From Nageia nagi (Eukaryota; Plantae; Pinophyta): a DNA stretch of 64,000 nucleotides. The stretch is from NCBI GenBank assembly GCA_050084985.1, contig JBITNC010000002.1, positions 38,068,001 through 38,132,000 of the forward strand. The letters are read 5' to 3'. The translations under genes were made by a program, and so were the position numbers. Position 1 is the stretch's first letter. Each line of letters begins with the position of its first letter. Under the pieces are notes generated by a model. That model saw only the letters and a list, made by a program, of their open reading frames with translations, ran no database searches and was not told the origin of the DNA. Positions 62,200-64,000 of this stretch are shown one piece after another.

Positions 62200-64000
62200 A
62201 CAAATATTTCACTTTTCTCACAAAATGAGCTCTCTAGCAAATGAGACCCCATATAGACTTTTTTTGGAATTCCTAAGTCCTAACTTTGGAACAATTAAAT
62301 GCTAAATTGAGATTACAGTTTCATTTAATGGGAGAAAAACACTCATCCCACTAATTTTGCTTTAAAATAAGCCATTTACAAAAATTTGGGCCTTCTTCAA
62401 CGGATCTTGAAGCCATTGTAGATGTTTTTGAAGCTTTCTGCATGTATTTTGGAGATGAACGGTCATGACCTCACTTCCAATTGTGCATGTTTGGTTATTT
62501 TGCAATGCTTCCAAGGTTAAAGATGCCAAATTCAAGGTGCTTGACAATACCCATGTTTTAGAATTTGATTTTGAACTTTTTTTGTCGAAATAACCTCGTT
62601 CACATTGGTGGAAGGTAAGTGGTTCATGCCTTTTGAGATCCTAATGGGGCTAAAATGGCCACCTAGGCATAAAATGCTAATTTTTTTCCTTTTTTCAAGA
62701 TTTTCAAGGGCAATGCACATGGAACTTCATCCTATAAATGATCTTCAATTTTCACTTTTTTCTTTTTTGAAAAAATGAAGGTTTTTAGCCTTCAAATCAT
62801 GGATCTTGAGAATTTTTCATGTTTTTCTTCACTTTTTTAGATCCAAACTATTTCTCTACACAATGGAAATGGGTATTGAAATCCATTCTCCAAATTGATT
62901 TCTAAAATTTTGGATTTTTACACCATTTTCCATGTGTTTTTCTTCAAAAATGCATGCTTGGAAAGCAATATGAGAGGTTTGTGATGAAAATGAGGGGTTT
63001 GGCTTGTATTTTGAGGGTTTTGAACTCATTTCTCACCTCATAGGCATTGGATTTGGTCCTTTCCTTCTTGAGGGGGCATTTTGGATGCTCTATAGGGCCA
63101 TTTGCATGCTTGGTGGAGGTTTTGCTCCTTGAAGATGCAACAAAAGGGGGGTAAAGGGAGAAAAACTGCACCTAGCCACCCTTTGTATGGTTTTACTCTT
63201 TTTTGGAAAATTCCAAGGCAAATGTGCTAGTTCCTTGGTGCTCCATCCTCTCATGCCTTTGAACTTTGATTTTAAAAAAATGGCCAAAATGACCCTTTTC
63301 ACATTAGTCAATAGGGTTTTTCACTACTTTGCAAAATGAGTAAATTAGAAAATGTGCGCCTAGGGAGGGGAGGTAGGAAATTTGGTTATCTTGGATTTTC
63401 CTTATGCCAACATGATGGAAATTTCATTGTGCTCATGCTTATGACTTCAAATTTTATTTTTAAAAAATGCCAATTTGCAAGGTTTTCACTCCTCAAGATG
63501 TATGTATTTGCATGCTAAATAGGGGAAAAGATGGAAAATGTGCGCCTAGATGGGGGAGGTAGCAATTTTGATAATTTTGAATCCTTCCAAGAGCAAAGAT
63601 GTCCAATTTTTCATGCTCCAACATACCCATGTTTTTGTTTTTTTGATCAACCAACTTGAAACTTTGAAGTTTTTCTCTTGCACAAGCATGCTAGGTGCAT
63701 GTTTTCTCCTTTTGAGGGTGGTAAACCTGGAAATCAGCACCTAGGTGGGAGAGGTGGAGTTTTGGTGCAGTTTGGAAACTTGCAAGAGAAAATAAACTTG
63801 ATTTTTGATGCTCTACAATACCCATGTCTAGGAATTTTGAGTGGACAACTTGGATTTTTGAAATTTTTTATTTGCACCACCATGCTAGGTGTTGATTTTC
63901 TCTTTTAGAGGCCTTAAATACAAAAAATTTGCGCTTAGGTAGGGTATCTTTACATTTTGCATCAATTTTGCACAAAAGACCATCTTTTCTTTGTAGGCAC
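62200..64000. repeat. Unclassified repetitive DNA, probably non-coding part of a large LTR retrotransposon
   Basis: Recurring sub-repeats GAAAATGTGCGCCTAG..GGGAGGTAG (~63349, ~63534, variants ~63735, ~63925); no credible ORF. Confidence 0.4.

Noticed and set aside
58754-64000. RH58 exon 9 (SEKSKKAG-like) or a truncated gene
   Set aside because: No matching exon found. Given the intron sizes, the rest most likely lies beyond the window, so pseudogene status is not claimed.

Overview
AT-rich plant nuclear DNA, most likely a gymnosperm/conifer (inferred from ~21-kb TE-filled introns and the style of the PLS-PPR fragments; not proven). The only host gene is a + strand chloroplast DEAD-box RNA helicase of the RH58 type. 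Eight GT-AG exons (9678-58753, 359 codons) join in frame and the gene continues beyond the window. Upstream lie a decayed Ty1/copia element and a second copia fragment. The introns hold five transposase-bearing hAT relics, four non-autonomous hAT/MITE copies (most with TIRs and 8-bp TSDs), three copies of one (TTTC)n-tailed LINE family, a 2.4-kb non-coding LTR element, SINE/tRNA-like pieces, the 5' part of another LTR element and possibly an ancient plastid ycf2 insertion. The most notable structure is a probable non-autonomous Helitron (44455-51088) in intron 5. It carries captured fragments of several unrelated genes, including two PPR pieces and a tetraspanin exon with intact splice sites in the host-gene sense. 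All assignments come from reading the sequence and recalling family motifs; no database search was run.
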